DNA of 51,729 nucleotides. Source: Escherichia virus TH25. The position numbers and the translations under genes are program-made. The stretch's first letter is position 1; each line of letters begins with the position of its first letter. This document shows, piece after piece, positions 29,482 through 39,124 of this stretch. The stretch lies in the sequence record MT446399.1, one strand, 5' to 3'. The notes beneath the pieces are model-generated. The model saw only the letters and a list, made by a program, of their open reading frames with translations. It was not told where the DNA came from and did no database searches.

Positions 29482-30555
29482 TTATTTCTGGAGATACTCT
29501 GCATGAGGGATTATACGGTTCTCTTTAAGATGGAATCGGTCAATGACACCTTTGTAGTGCCACAAGCGAACGAGATTCCCATCATCAATTTGGTGATGCA
29601 TGTACACGAGTCGACCAACTTTGAGAAGCTCTTCTTCCCAACCGTCACCGAATCGCATGATAAATGCACCAATAACTTTCTTCAAACCTTCTGCATAAGT
29701 AGTGGTCTTATCCAAAAGTTCGAAAGATTCGACAGCACCGACACCACTTCGACGGAAATATGTTTCTCCAGCCTTGGCACCAGTCTTGTAAATCTTCTCT
29801 TCCAATACGCCACAACCCATAACGTTATCCGTTGAGTCGCCGATAAGGAGTTGATGCAAGAAGAATTTAGGGCCACAACCTTTAACTTCTTTCTTCTTAG
29901 ATTTACCGTTGTCTTTGATAATTAATTTGAGTTCACCGTAATCCTTCGGGATTACAATCTTCTCACCAATACCCTGGGATTCACGCTCCCATTGGTAATG
30001 TTTGATTACTGGACCAGTGTCACCGAATTGTCCGATTTGGCGCAAGTCTTTGTCAAGCGACGCAATCCAAACTTCATCATATGTGCACGGACCAATACGC
30101 GTGAGGCTTTTAATCTCATTACGTTTACCCATTGTTGCTTCGTATTCATGGCGAGCGAATACAGCCAGAAGGTCATCTGCTTCCAGACCCTTCATCCACA
30201 TTCCATTCCATGCAACCATGAGATGTGCTTTCGCATTCTTAAGGTTTTCTGGACGCCATACGCCATCACGGTTGCCCTTGTAGTCAGGAGCAAATTCGTT
30301 GCGCATTGTTTTAGATGGCGAGATGAAAGTAATAACTTCCGTAGCACCAGCACGTTTGGCGAGGAATTCCATTTTAGAATCCATCGACATTTGAATCTTA
30401 GCAAAGTTAATATCTTCGGGGTCTTTGCCGTACTCTTCAGCAGCACAGTGGCTGAATGCAACCATGTCGCCGTCTACCAGCAACAATACTCGTTTCTTAC
30501 TCACTTTGGTAAGCTCCAAATTAAAGGCTCCCGAAGGAGCCATATTGTTCAACAA
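29482..30555 (-). CDS. 5'-3' exonuclease / flap endonuclease
   Basis: 357 aa; LLLVDGDMVAF, GLEADDLLA and LIGDSTDNV blocks of the FEN/5' nuclease family. Confidence 0.75.
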   Translation of the reverse strand: MLNNMAPSGAFNLELTKVSKKRVLLLVDGDMVAFSHCAAEEYGKDPEDINFAKIQMSMDSKMEFLAKRAGATEVITFISPSKTMRNEFAPDYKGNRDGVWRPENLKNAKAHLMVAWNGMWMKGLEADDLLAVFARHEYEATMGKRNEIKSLTRIGPCTYDEVWIASLDKDLRQIGQFGDTGPVIKHYQWERESQGIGEKIVIPKDYGELKLIIKDNGKSKKKEVKGCGPKFFLHQLLIGDSTDNVMGCGVLEEKIYKTGAKAGETYFRRSGVGAVESFELLDKTTTYAEGLKKVIGAFIMRFGDGWEEELLKVGRLVYMHHQIDDGNLVRLWHYKGVIDRFHLKENRIIPHAEYLQK

Positions 30556-31419
30556 TCAGAAGGGCATTCCAGTACCGCCAGCAGCACCACCTTCCGCTTC
30601 ACGCTGTGCTTTCGCAGCAGCTTGAGCTTCCAGTTCGGCTTTCATTGCTGCATCAACTTCTTCATCAGAAGCCTGATTCGGAACAGAATCATCAGCAGGT
30701 TTACCGCCCAGCAGAGCAGACAGTTTGGTTTTGTAGAAGTCAACACCAGCAGTGATGCGGTTCTTGATTGCGTAAGGAGAATCGCCACCAGGCAGCTTGT
30801 TGAACACTTCTAAGTCTGGCTCAGACATGTCGAAGAATACAGTCGGGTTAACCAGAGCTTTGGCTTCTTTCTTCTCTTTGGACTTCATCGGGGAGAAGGT
30901 AGCAACCTTGTTCGCAACCTGGCCAGCGTTCTTGCCAGACTGCTTGGTGTATTGGACAATGCCAACAACCAGAGGTTCGCCCAACCAATCTGGCAGGTTC
31001 TTAGCAGGGTGGCCCTGAATAGCCTGTTCCAGATTTGGTTTAACTTCCAGAGCATCAATCGCTTTAGCGAATTTGTAGATGTGGGAGTTGTCACCCATGA
31101 AGCCATCAGCGTTGTAGGTAAACTCAAAGTCAAACCAACGCGGCTTGTCTTCAAGATTCTTCGCCATCATTACGCCGTCATCTTCGTCCGGGTCTTGGAC
31201 CATGACCATAGCACCATTGCCATCAACCTCTTTCATGTACTCGTCGAGCAGTTCGAAAGTAACCAGAAGTTTCAGGGATGGGTTTGGATATTTAGCAGAG
31301 CCTGGCTGTAAGCCCAGGTCGATAATACGGCAGACACGAGCAGGATAACCACCCGCTTCCAGTAATGGTGCAGCAGAAGGAGTCTTGTTCGAGGCCAGAG
31401 TAGGAGCAGCAAATGCCAT
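30556..31419 (-). CDS. Putative ssDNA-binding protein (T7 gp2.5-like architecture)
   Basis: 287 aa; acidic/Ala-rich C-terminal tail ending in Phe; between exonuclease and polymerase. Confidence 0.35.
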   Translation of the reverse strand: MAFAAPTLASNKTPSAAPLLEAGGYPARVCRIIDLGLQPGSAKYPNPSLKLLVTFELLDEYMKEVDGNGAMVMVQDPDEDDGVMMAKNLEDKPRWFDFEFTYNADGFMGDNSHIYKFAKAIDALEVKPNLEQAIQGHPAKNLPDWLGEPLVVGIVQYTKQSGKNAGQVANKVATFSPMKSKEKKEAKALVNPTVFFDMSEPDLEVFNKLPGGDSPYAIKNRITAGVDFYKTKLSALLGGKPADDSVPNQASDEEVDAAMKAELEAQAAAKAQREAEGGAAGGTGMPF

Positions 31420-31430
31420 TTTGAGTACCT

Positions 31431-31676
31431 TTAAATTTCAATAATGTGAGAGTCAATGTCCAGGTCGGACAGGATAGATTGTGTTACTGCGAAATCTTCC
31501 GATTCCTTTAATGCTTTCAGGGCACTTTCGTAGGTAATATCGCCCTGATAATCACTTCCAAATAATGCCGAGGCGTGCATCTCAATTGCAGACACCGCCA
31601 GTTGTGTGGCCGGAATATCTCCAGCCGCTTGATGGAGTTCCATCTGTTGTTTGTCGTACAAGGCTAAAACACGCAT
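31431..31676 (-). CDS. Hypothetical protein
   Basis: 81-aa ORF; ATGA-type coupling with polymerase gene. Confidence 0.35.
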   Translation of the reverse strand: MRVLALYDKQQMELHQAAGDIPATQLAVSAIEMHASALFGSDYQGDITYESALKALKESEDFAVTQSILSDLDIDSHIIEI

Positions 31677-33610
31677 TAGTGAATCTCCGCGTAGTTATCA
31701 CCGAACTGTACATCACATGCACAATCACGGTTAAGTTTAAGTTCTTTGTTGGTACGTTCCATTGCTTCATTAAGCAAGTCCGTCCACAAATCACGGAAAC
31801 CTTTCTTAACTTGGAGAATCAATTCATCGTGGAATTGTCCAGACAGAAGCGGGTCACAGCCCCAACGTTCGTTGCAAATTGCAATAATGTTGTTACACCA
31901 GATATCAAACACATATGCACCAGTACCCTGACACAGTGTTGAGAAGCGGTCTTTCTCTGTACGCAGAGAATACCAGAATTTGTTTACTGGATTCTGTTGC
32001 CACATCTGACCATCAACTGTGATGACTTTAGTGTTAGCAGCAATCTCTTTGATTGACCAGTTCAGGTCCCAATATGCTTTATGCAGACGTGCAGCCGTTG
32101 ATTGGTCACAGTCAGCAGAACGAGCAACAGTTGGAATACCAGCACCATACTGACAAGCATAGTTAGTGGTCTTAAACATTGGACGTTGCTTACATTTCTG
32201 TATGCCATCCTTGTGGTCCTGAGATTCTTTCTCAGTGATGAACCCGCCGATTACGCCGATTGCAAGGTGAGCATCATAGTCTGGTGCCAACTGCTTCTTA
32301 ACATATTCAGGGTCATACATCCATTGGAAGTGGTGCTTACAGCGGTCTTCCAGTGAACACAAGTCCGAGCCTAGCTGTTCGTAATCTTCACGCCACGCTT
32401 CCAACATTGAACGCAGTTCTTCACCGCCAAATACACGAATAGAAGGGAGGTTAACAAGTTCGCGATGTTTAAGGCGTAAAGTATTGGTAAGGCCACCGCA
32501 TCTCGCAGTAAGGAATCCATCTTCATCGACGTCACGAAGGAAGCCGTTAACAACAGACAGACGGTGTTTATACACGCCCATCCCAATAAGATGTTGAATA
32601 CCGGAGTCGGGGTTTCTTTCTGCCAGCTTATGCAAGCTCGGACAAATTTCGGGATTACCATCTTCATCCTTAACCGTGATTTGAGGAATCTGGCGAGTTT
32701 CGCCTGTTTCTTTATTACGGTCAAACTTAAATGTTTCTGGAACCCAGCCAAGGCTGAATAACCAATCTTTGATTTGTACGTGAGAACCAGCGTTAGGTGC
32801 TTTATACCCTTTAAGAACCTTGATTCCCAGGTCGGGGTCTTTCCAATCCAAACCATTTGCATCACAAACAGCTTTCCACTTTATTCCAGTGGCAGACAAT
32901 TGGCCATTCATTTTGTGACATTTGGCAGGACGGGTTTTAATAACATACTCCGGAACACGAGGCATTGATGCTTCCAATGCATCCGTCTTCTCTTTAATCA
33001 TTGGTTCAAGTTTGGCTTTAAATGCCAGAGCTTTCTCAATGTTCAGCTTCCAGCGAGTACGTTGTTGAATAACTTGTTGACGAGCTTTGGTCATAAGGTA
33101 TTCAATAAAACGTCTAACTTCGCTAGGAGTTTTATAAATCTTGAGGAGTTGAATATACTGCTGTTCCCACAGCTTTAGCTGAATCTTACAGTCTTCCATC
33201 ACACGATGGTTATATTCTTCCTGAGTTTGATTTTCCCAATCATCAATGACTGGTTTCGGCACACCAAACTCTTCTCCATAACCTTCTAAGCCGTGCTTAA
33301 CACGACGAGGTTGCAGATACCAACTGATAAACAAAGTATCAATTAGTGTACATTTTGAAACGTCGTAACCCAAGAACTTCAATGCTTCAAAGTCAAAGGT
33401 TGCGCCGTTGTGCATAATTAGTGTTGGACCTGTGTCCAGAAAGTCTTGAATGGATTTTCGTTGTGTCCACTCAATTACAGTTTCTTCACGAGTCTGAACA
33501 TCAATGTATCCAATGTTGTGTAGACGTGGTGCAGCCTGTTTCTTCATCTGCTCCAACAGACCAGTTGTTTCAATGTCACTGGCATACATATTTTCCCAAG
33601 GATACAACAC
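31676..33610 (-). CDS. DNA polymerase, family A, with 3'-5' exonuclease domain
   Basis: 644 aa; Exo I motif SDIETTGL near N-terminus and Pol I palm motifs (YGAGIPTVA). Confidence 0.85.
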   Translation of the reverse strand: MLYPWENMYASDIETTGLLEQMKKQAAPRLHNIGYIDVQTREETVIEWTQRKSIQDFLDTGPTLIMHNGATFDFEALKFLGYDVSKCTLIDTLFISWYLQPRRVKHGLEGYGEEFGVPKPVIDDWENQTQEEYNHRVMEDCKIQLKLWEQQYIQLLKIYKTPSEVRRFIEYLMTKARQQVIQQRTRWKLNIEKALAFKAKLEPMIKEKTDALEASMPRVPEYVIKTRPAKCHKMNGQLSATGIKWKAVCDANGLDWKDPDLGIKVLKGYKAPNAGSHVQIKDWLFSLGWVPETFKFDRNKETGETRQIPQITVKDEDGNPEICPSLHKLAERNPDSGIQHLIGMGVYKHRLSVVNGFLRDVDEDGFLTARCGGLTNTLRLKHRELVNLPSIRVFGGEELRSMLEAWREDYEQLGSDLCSLEDRCKHHFQWMYDPEYVKKQLAPDYDAHLAIGVIGGFITEKESQDHKDGIQKCKQRPMFKTTNYACQYGAGIPTVARSADCDQSTAARLHKAYWDLNWSIKEIAANTKVITVDGQMWQQNPVNKFWYSLRTEKDRFSTLCQGTGAYVFDIWCNNIIAICNERWGCDPLLSGQFHDELILQVKKGFRDLWTDLLNEAMERTNKELKLNRDCACDVQFGDNYAEIH

Positions 33611-33675
33611 AGTATGGCTCCAATGGATTGGTGAGGTCTACGCTGGTGGGCGAACCATGCAGCGTAGAAGCTCTG

Positions 33676-35439
33676 TTATTGGTGAGGACCGTTCTTCTTA
33701 GTAAGTTGAACAATCTCTTTGGTTTCGAACAGTGAATCTTCCCAAGAACGTTGAATGATTCGACCAGAGTCTGAGTCATAATACGTCTTGAAGCCTTCTG
33801 TCTTACCACTCTTACGAGCTTTGATGGAACGAATGATTGAGCAGTTTGGGTCTACTGCCTGACTATTACGCTCAAAGCCAAACATGCCATGAGAATATTT
33901 AGCAGCAGCACGAGAACCAGTAAAGTCTGACTTCTTGATTCGTCCACCATCTTCATGAGGTCGCTGACCTTTTGCCACAGGGTTGAGGTGCGACAAGATA
34001 TTGACGTGGAACTGGTATTGGTCTGCCAGCTTAGTAATGTCTGCATACAGCTTGCCTAAGAAGTCGTTCTTCTCTGAGGCAGAAATCCCTTCCGATAAGT
34101 AGGTTAAGTTATCAAGAACAAACATATCAATGTCTGGACCAATCTGACGAAGAATCGTCTTTAACCCATCCCAAGTTTCATAAGGGTCTTCTCCAGCTTG
34201 CTTGCGGTCCCAAATCTCCATGTTACGAAGCATCTTCGCAGCAGTTTGACGGAACTTCGCTTCATCGTATCGAGGGTCTTCACGAGTAAACGCAGGTTCC
34301 CAATACGGCAAGTTGTCATTAAGGCCAGCCATACGTCGTAATGTTTCCGCAGGAGTTTCCTCCATGTATGCAGTAAACACTCCCCAATCGTGCTGGATAA
34401 TGTTGTGATGCACAATCTGTCGAGATAGTGTAGTTTTACCACCACCTTCTGCACCACCGATTGATATAACTTCGGCACGACGCTGACCAAACATTAAGTC
34501 GGTTAGCTTGGGCCAAGGATAGTCCACACCCTGTTCAACTTCGTCATCAAGTTCTTCCATAAGAAGTTCTTTATTGACAAGAGCTGTAGGCAGAGGGCGA
34601 GCAGCGCGGAATACAACAGCAGATTGAGTAGCTTTCAACAAGCCACGTTTCAAACAGTCGTTGGCATCGTTGGCAGGAAGTGTGGCAATCATTGCACCAG
34701 GCAACAAACGACATGCTTCCTTTGCAGCTTTACGCCCAGGTTCATCATCATCAAATACGATAACAACCTGTTCCCAACGTTGCTTGATTTCTTCTGCAAC
34801 TGGTGACAAACATTTGTGTACGGAATCGCTTCCATCACTCAAACTAATTACAGCAAAATCCAAATCTTCATATGCACCACCACGGTTCATAGTTTTGAGG
34901 ATTTGACGCAATGCGATACAGTCTTCTTCACCTTCTGTGATGAACAGTGTCTTACCGCCGATAGCTTTTGCAGCCATCCAGTTATATGGGTCGTTGCCCT
35001 GGGTATCACCAACAGACCACATAACTTTCTTGTTCAGAAGTTTAATCTTCCAGCGAACAAGTTTGCCATTCTTGGTGTATCCATGTGCCAAAGCATTTGG
35101 AGTCTTGCCATCAAACTCTGAATAGAGTAGGCGAACACCAGCAGCTTTCCAGAACTCAGGTTCAATACTGCGATGGTCTAAATCAAATGGAGGGCACGAG
35201 GTTATTTCGTCAATTTCTTCCTGAATTTCTTCTGGAGTCTTGACTTTAATTTCCGGAATATTCTCCGGATTATTGCCATACGGATTCGGAACGAGAACGC
35301 CACATGCAAAGCAGTAACCAGAGAAGTTCTTATTACCAGCTTCATCGACATTCAACCAAACCTGTAAAGACTTGCCAGATGTGGATTTACAGTCTGGTAC
35401 ATCGTGCTTAATCTTGGCAACACATTGCTTGACGTTCAT
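33676..35439 (-). CDS. Primase-helicase (T7 gp4-like)
   Basis: 587 aa; N-terminal Cys zinc finger (CFACGV), TOPRIM region, DnaB-type helicase Walker A (GGAEGGGKTT). Confidence 0.85.
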   Translation of the reverse strand: MNVKQCVAKIKHDVPDCKSTSGKSLQVWLNVDEAGNKNFSGYCFACGVLVPNPYGNNPENIPEIKVKTPEEIQEEIDEITSCPPFDLDHRSIEPEFWKAAGVRLLYSEFDGKTPNALAHGYTKNGKLVRWKIKLLNKKVMWSVGDTQGNDPYNWMAAKAIGGKTLFITEGEEDCIALRQILKTMNRGGAYEDLDFAVISLSDGSDSVHKCLSPVAEEIKQRWEQVVIVFDDDEPGRKAAKEACRLLPGAMIATLPANDANDCLKRGLLKATQSAVVFRAARPLPTALVNKELLMEELDDEVEQGVDYPWPKLTDLMFGQRRAEVISIGGAEGGGKTTLSRQIVHHNIIQHDWGVFTAYMEETPAETLRRMAGLNDNLPYWEPAFTREDPRYDEAKFRQTAAKMLRNMEIWDRKQAGEDPYETWDGLKTILRQIGPDIDMFVLDNLTYLSEGISASEKNDFLGKLYADITKLADQYQFHVNILSHLNPVAKGQRPHEDGGRIKKSDFTGSRAAAKYSHGMFGFERNSQAVDPNCSIIRSIKARKSGKTEGFKTYYDSDSGRIIQRSWEDSLFETKEIVQLTKKNGPHQ

Positions 35440-35444
35440 TTATA

Positions 35445-36095
35445 TTATTCCTGATTGGTCAAAGCCTTCCAGCAAATCGGAAACAGCTCTGACATAATTT
35501 TATTCACTTCTTCCGCAAGCAAGCGAACTTCATACTGCGCATGTTCGGAGGAACGTTGATTATACATGGATGCCCAGCCATAAAGGGAGCCAGTCCAAAC
35601 CCATTCAGTCATCATGGATTGTGGCAACACCATGCGAGCTTGCTCTGGAGCAATCCCCAAACCAATTAACATTTCATATTCTACGATGCAAGCCTTGTTG
35701 TGGCTTTCCATGCGATAATGAATGTCATCGGCAAAATCTTGTGGCAATGGTTGTGCAGATTGAGTCATTAGCTTTTCAGGACGACCAAATACAGTATCTG
35801 GAATGAAGAACTCAATCTCGATTGCTTCACCATCTTTGTAACGACGGCTAACCTCATTCCAACTAAATCCAGTTTGGTGTTTGCCAAGCTGACGTGCAAT
35901 GAAGATTGGAGCTTTGCAACGAAGAGTTACCTGTGCATGACGGAACGGCGTAATGTGTTTATGCTTGGCAAGAAACTCAATCAGCTTCTCGTCACGCAGT
36001 GACATTTCGTGGGATTCTGCACCGTAAGAAACTCGCGCAGCATTAACAGTTGTTAGGTCGCTGCCCATGTGGTCAACGAGTGTGGCAGTAATCAT
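35445..36095 (-). CDS. thyX: Flavin-dependent thymidylate synthase
   Basis: 216 aa; ThyX signature region ARQLGKHQTGFSWNEVSRRY. Confidence 0.8.
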   Translation of the reverse strand: MITATLVDHMGSDLTTVNAARVSYGAESHEMSLRDEKLIEFLAKHKHITPFRHAQVTLRCKAPIFIARQLGKHQTGFSWNEVSRRYKDGEAIEIEFFIPDTVFGRPEKLMTQSAQPLPQDFADDIHYRMESHNKACIVEYEMLIGLGIAPEQARMVLPQSMMTEWVWTGSLYGWASMYNQRSSEHAQYEVRLLAEEVNKIMSELFPICWKALTNQE

Positions 36096-36151
36096 TTGCT
36101 CTCCGGTTCATATGGTGGGAGATTAATTAGCTCCGCACCATAACAATGGTA

Positions 36152-36373
36152 TTATTTTAATGACGCCTGTAGAGACGCATTTAGTACAGAACGCTTTTCA
36201 TATTCGCGCTGGTTGTACGTGTTTGTCAGTGCTTCCGCAGCTTCTATTGACAGAATTGCAAAACCACCAAAGGCGTTGCGAACTTCTTCAAGATTCAGAT
36301 GCAGGACTTCACTGGTAATTTGGTTGGCTATTACAGCCTTGAAAATCTCTTCGGCAATTTCAGCAGTTTTCAT
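36152..36373 (-). CDS. Hypothetical protein
   Basis: 73-aa ORF. Confidence 0.3.
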   Translation of the reverse strand: MKTAEIAEEIFKAVIANQITSEVLHLNLEEVRNAFGGFAILSIEAAEALTNTYNQREYEKRSVLNASLQASLK

Positions 36374-37117
36374 GTTTCTCTCCAGTTAAATTTAAGTAAG
36401 TGCCCTGACGTGGACTATTACGAACATTACAATAAATTGGCTTAAATGGTGTTTCCACTGCGGCCAAGACACTTATTAAATTTGATTCGAACCGCCCAAG
36501 TGAATCAGCCTTGTTTATGGGGACCATCGGGGAAAAGTATAAACCCGCTTAATGCTCGCATCATGTTTGAACATTAAGAACCCTGACTTGCATATTTCAT
36601 GTGAATAGGAACATAGTCTGGATTTTGAATCCAGCTAACTTCGAGAAGAGGAGTAGCTCAAACGAAAGCCTGAACTTTCTTTCGACACATCACAATCAGC
36701 GCAACTGAGCCGTATCGCTACGGTATGCCAGACGCTAACTTGAGCCTTTTGAACAGAGGCATAACTGTTGGAGGAATTCTGTGGCCTTTACGCGGCCAAC
36801 GTGCCATTAATGCTGGCAAGACAGAGCTAACGTTCTCAAGCACTTTGGCGAGGATGTTCTCGGACACTGTTCTAGGAAGTGACCACCTGAACTTTCTCGC
36901 GTTCAATACGAGGCAGCAATTTTAATTGTTATGCCCAGAGCAACTTGCAGGTTTGTTTGAGTTGGAGTCCTGCTTCCAAACGCATGGGCTTACACCATCA
37001 TCGCAACAAGTAGCTAGAGTCTCGTTATTTAAAGTCGCGCACTCCCTCGACTATATTATACGTGTATTTAAAGTCCCGTACCGGACTGCCAAATGAAATG
37101 CGATGGCGAGCATTTGT

Positions 37118-37330
37118 TCACTCACTGTCGGGTAAGTTAGAACACTTTTGTGCCCACGTTTCATTGTGGACTAAAATCTGGGTTTTGGTTTCGCGTGACA
37201 AAACTTTTACTTCTGCAACATCCAAATAGATTGGTTGTGCAATCAAGCAATAATCACTTACGAACCCACTTTGAGAGCAACTCACTATCGACATTGCTAT
37301 CAGAACTGCTAGACACTTCTTTCTGAACAT
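37118..37330 (-). CDS. Outer-membrane lipoprotein, o-spanin (Rz1-like) candidate
   Basis: 70 aa; signal peptide with lipobox IVSC; starts inside the preceding gene in another frame and extends past it. Confidence 0.4.
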   Translation of the reverse strand: MFRKKCLAVLIAMSIVSCSQSGFVSDYCLIAQPIYLDVAEVKVLSRETKTQILVHNETWAQKCSNLPDSE

Positions 37331-37490
37331 GCGATTTAATCTCGATAGATTCTTTTAACGAATCGAATTGCTTCTCTTTGGCTTCCTGACGCTCCTCGGT
37401 TCTGCCTGAGCTTTTACCTTTGAGGAACACTGCAAGGAGAATGCCCAATGCAGTCAAGACGCCAAGAAAGATTGACTTAAGTTGTTGCAT
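37254..37490 (-). CDS. Inner-membrane i-spanin (Rz-like) candidate
   Basis: 78 aa; N-terminal transmembrane helix then charged helical region; GAGGTGA upstream of ATG. Confidence 0.4.
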   Translation of the reverse strand: MQQLKSIFLGVLTALGILLAVFLKGKSSGRTEERQEAKEKQFDSLKESIEIKSHVQKEVSSSSDSNVDSELLSKWVRK

Positions 37491-37498
37491 GATTCACC

Positions 37499-37639
37499 TC
37501 AGATGGCGCACGCACCACTTGAGCAGTCGTTATCGCCAGCACCAGGAACGATTGCTTCTTCGTCCTGCTTCTTCTTCAGTTCTTCAATTGCTTCTTCGGC
37601 AGCACCGAAGTCTAAATTATCAAGTGCATCAAAATCCAT
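37499..37639 (-). CDS. Small acidic protein
   Basis: ATG at 37639 with GGAG 8 nt upstream; 46 aa, acidic, C-terminal CSSGAC; upstream part of track ORF overlaps tRNA-like element. Confidence 0.3.
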   Translation of the reverse strand: MDFDALDNLDFGAAEEAIEELKKKQDEEAIVPGAGDNDCSSGACAI

Positions 37640-37669
37640 AAGGACTCCAGTGTTGCGGGTTATTAAAGC

Positions 37670-37765
37670 TGGTGGACAAGGTTGGATTCGAACCAACGAC
37701 ACATCTGTCGAACAGATTGCTCTACCTGACTAAGCTCTGGAGCAGACCTTCTGAGCTACTCGTCC
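37670..37765 (-). other. tRNA-like element (non-canonical: acceptor stem, D-arm and T-arm present, no 7-nt anticodon loop)
   Basis: Minus-strand GGACGAG..TA GCTCAG..GCTTAGTCAGGTAGAGC..GTTGG TTCGAAT CCAAC CTTGTCC A CCA; acceptor 7 bp with one G-U; 96 nt, too long for a standard tRNA. Confidence 0.3.
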
Positions 37766-38662
37766 AAAATTGGGTGGGTTTTGGTAACGCAGGTTTTCCC
37801 GAACTGCGAGGCTTGTAGAATCAGTGAGCCGCCTGTTTGGTATCTTCGGCCTGCCGTGGATTGATGGTCCCGACTCACTTCATCTCAGGTACGAGGCACT
37901 ACTTTGCGAGTGCAAGCAGGTGTTGAACCCAAGTACCAACAGGCAACCTAATTTATTCCACCGTTGTGGAAACCATTGGTTAGAGCAGTTTATTTCCATG
38001 CTCAGGGCAATTCACTTTAGGGCGAATTAGGTTATACAGTGCAGCTTCGAAGTCGCTGCCACAGGTTTGAGGTTCCTGTGTGGAGGGAAATCCAGAGGAG
38101 CACTTCCCCAAGGAGTTACGTTTCAAATTGGCATAGCTTCTCACACTAAACCAATTGAAGACATTCCAGTGTGCTCGTCCGTCCTCTAGAAATATCCAAC
38201 TGCATAATTAAGTTTGTACTCTGTCACATCCTACACGCGCGCTCTTAGGACTTAAGCTGGCTTACATCGCAGAATACAAATTAATTATTGCTCCGATTTA
38301 TTAATCACATCTCGAAGCCACAATGCGCCAAATTTGGTTACATGGGATTGGAAGACCACGGAGAGAACTTAAATTTAATTAAGCTGCAACTCGCATTTCA
38401 GAATCATTTGCACTTGTGTTTAGTGTTTAAAACAGTCGCAATAACTTCAGGCAGTTTAGGCCCGTCGTAAGACTCAGAAAACTACTTCAATGAACACTCT
38501 TGTCGGGGCCATGAGATTGGGCATCGGCCTACCTCCCAACTCTATTCACAAGAATGCTCATTGAAGCCCACTCACTCTGGAATGGGTTCAAGGCAGCACC
38601 GGACAACTTCCAGTGCACGCCAGATCGACTTAGCTTAGCTTCTCAAGTTTGCCCTTGGCAAC

Positions 38663-39001
38663 TTAGAATACCGGAGCTTCTTCAACAGCAGCTTCTGCTA
38701 CTACAGCAGCAGCTTCTTCTTCGACCTTAACTTCTTTCACGGTGTCAAACACAGTGCGTTCAACTTCCGGGCAACCAGCTTCAACCCACGGCAGATAGAA
38801 TGCCAGGAATGCAGCAGCGGTGTTGGTCTGCATTGAGCGAGAACGGTCAATCAGCTTGTTGGTGTTTGCGAACGCTTCAACAGCAGCTTCAATTTTAGCG
38901 CCGTTTTCCAGTTTAAAATCGTGTGCGTTACACTCAGCTTCGCTCAGGAACAGGGAACCATCGTTAGCTTCGTACTGAGTTACGGTTACAATCTTAGCCA
39001 T
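38663..39001 (-). CDS. Hypothetical protein
   Basis: 112-aa ORF with Ala/Glu-rich C-terminus; promoter-like motif 79 bp upstream. Confidence 0.4.
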   Translation of the reverse strand: MAKIVTVTQYEANDGSLFLSEAECNAHDFKLENGAKIEAAVEAFANTNKLIDRSRSMQTNTAAAFLAFYLPWVEAGCPEVERTVFDTVKEVKVEEEAAAVVAEAAVEEAPVF

Positions 39002-39079
39002 TTGTATATACCTTATATTAAATAGTTTTGCACGCCACGGTGACGTGACTTAGATAAAATTAAAGAGCCTTTCTCTTTT

Positions 39080-39094
39080 CACATCCAATTAATG
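39080..39094 (-). promoter_or_regulatory. Recurrent motif copy (+ strand CACATCCAATTAATG)
   Basis: One of 10 same-orientation copies of a 15-bp motif; 79 bp upstream of start at 39001. Confidence 0.35.
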
Positions 39095-39124
39095 TGTCAG
39101 GACTGCTCTGATTTAACAAACAAC

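Noticed and set aside
29992-30813. 273-aa plus-strand ORF
   Set aside because: Antisense to the exonuclease and SSB-like genes; shadow ORF
36478-36500. GATTCGAACC T-loop-like string, considered as a minus-strand tRNA
   Set aside because: Flanking bases cannot form a 5-bp T-stem or an acceptor stem
36618-36634. CTGGATT-TTG-AATCCAG hairpin, considered as a tRNA T-arm
   Set aside because: No complementary acceptor strand or D-arm within the expected distance; treated as a plain hairpin
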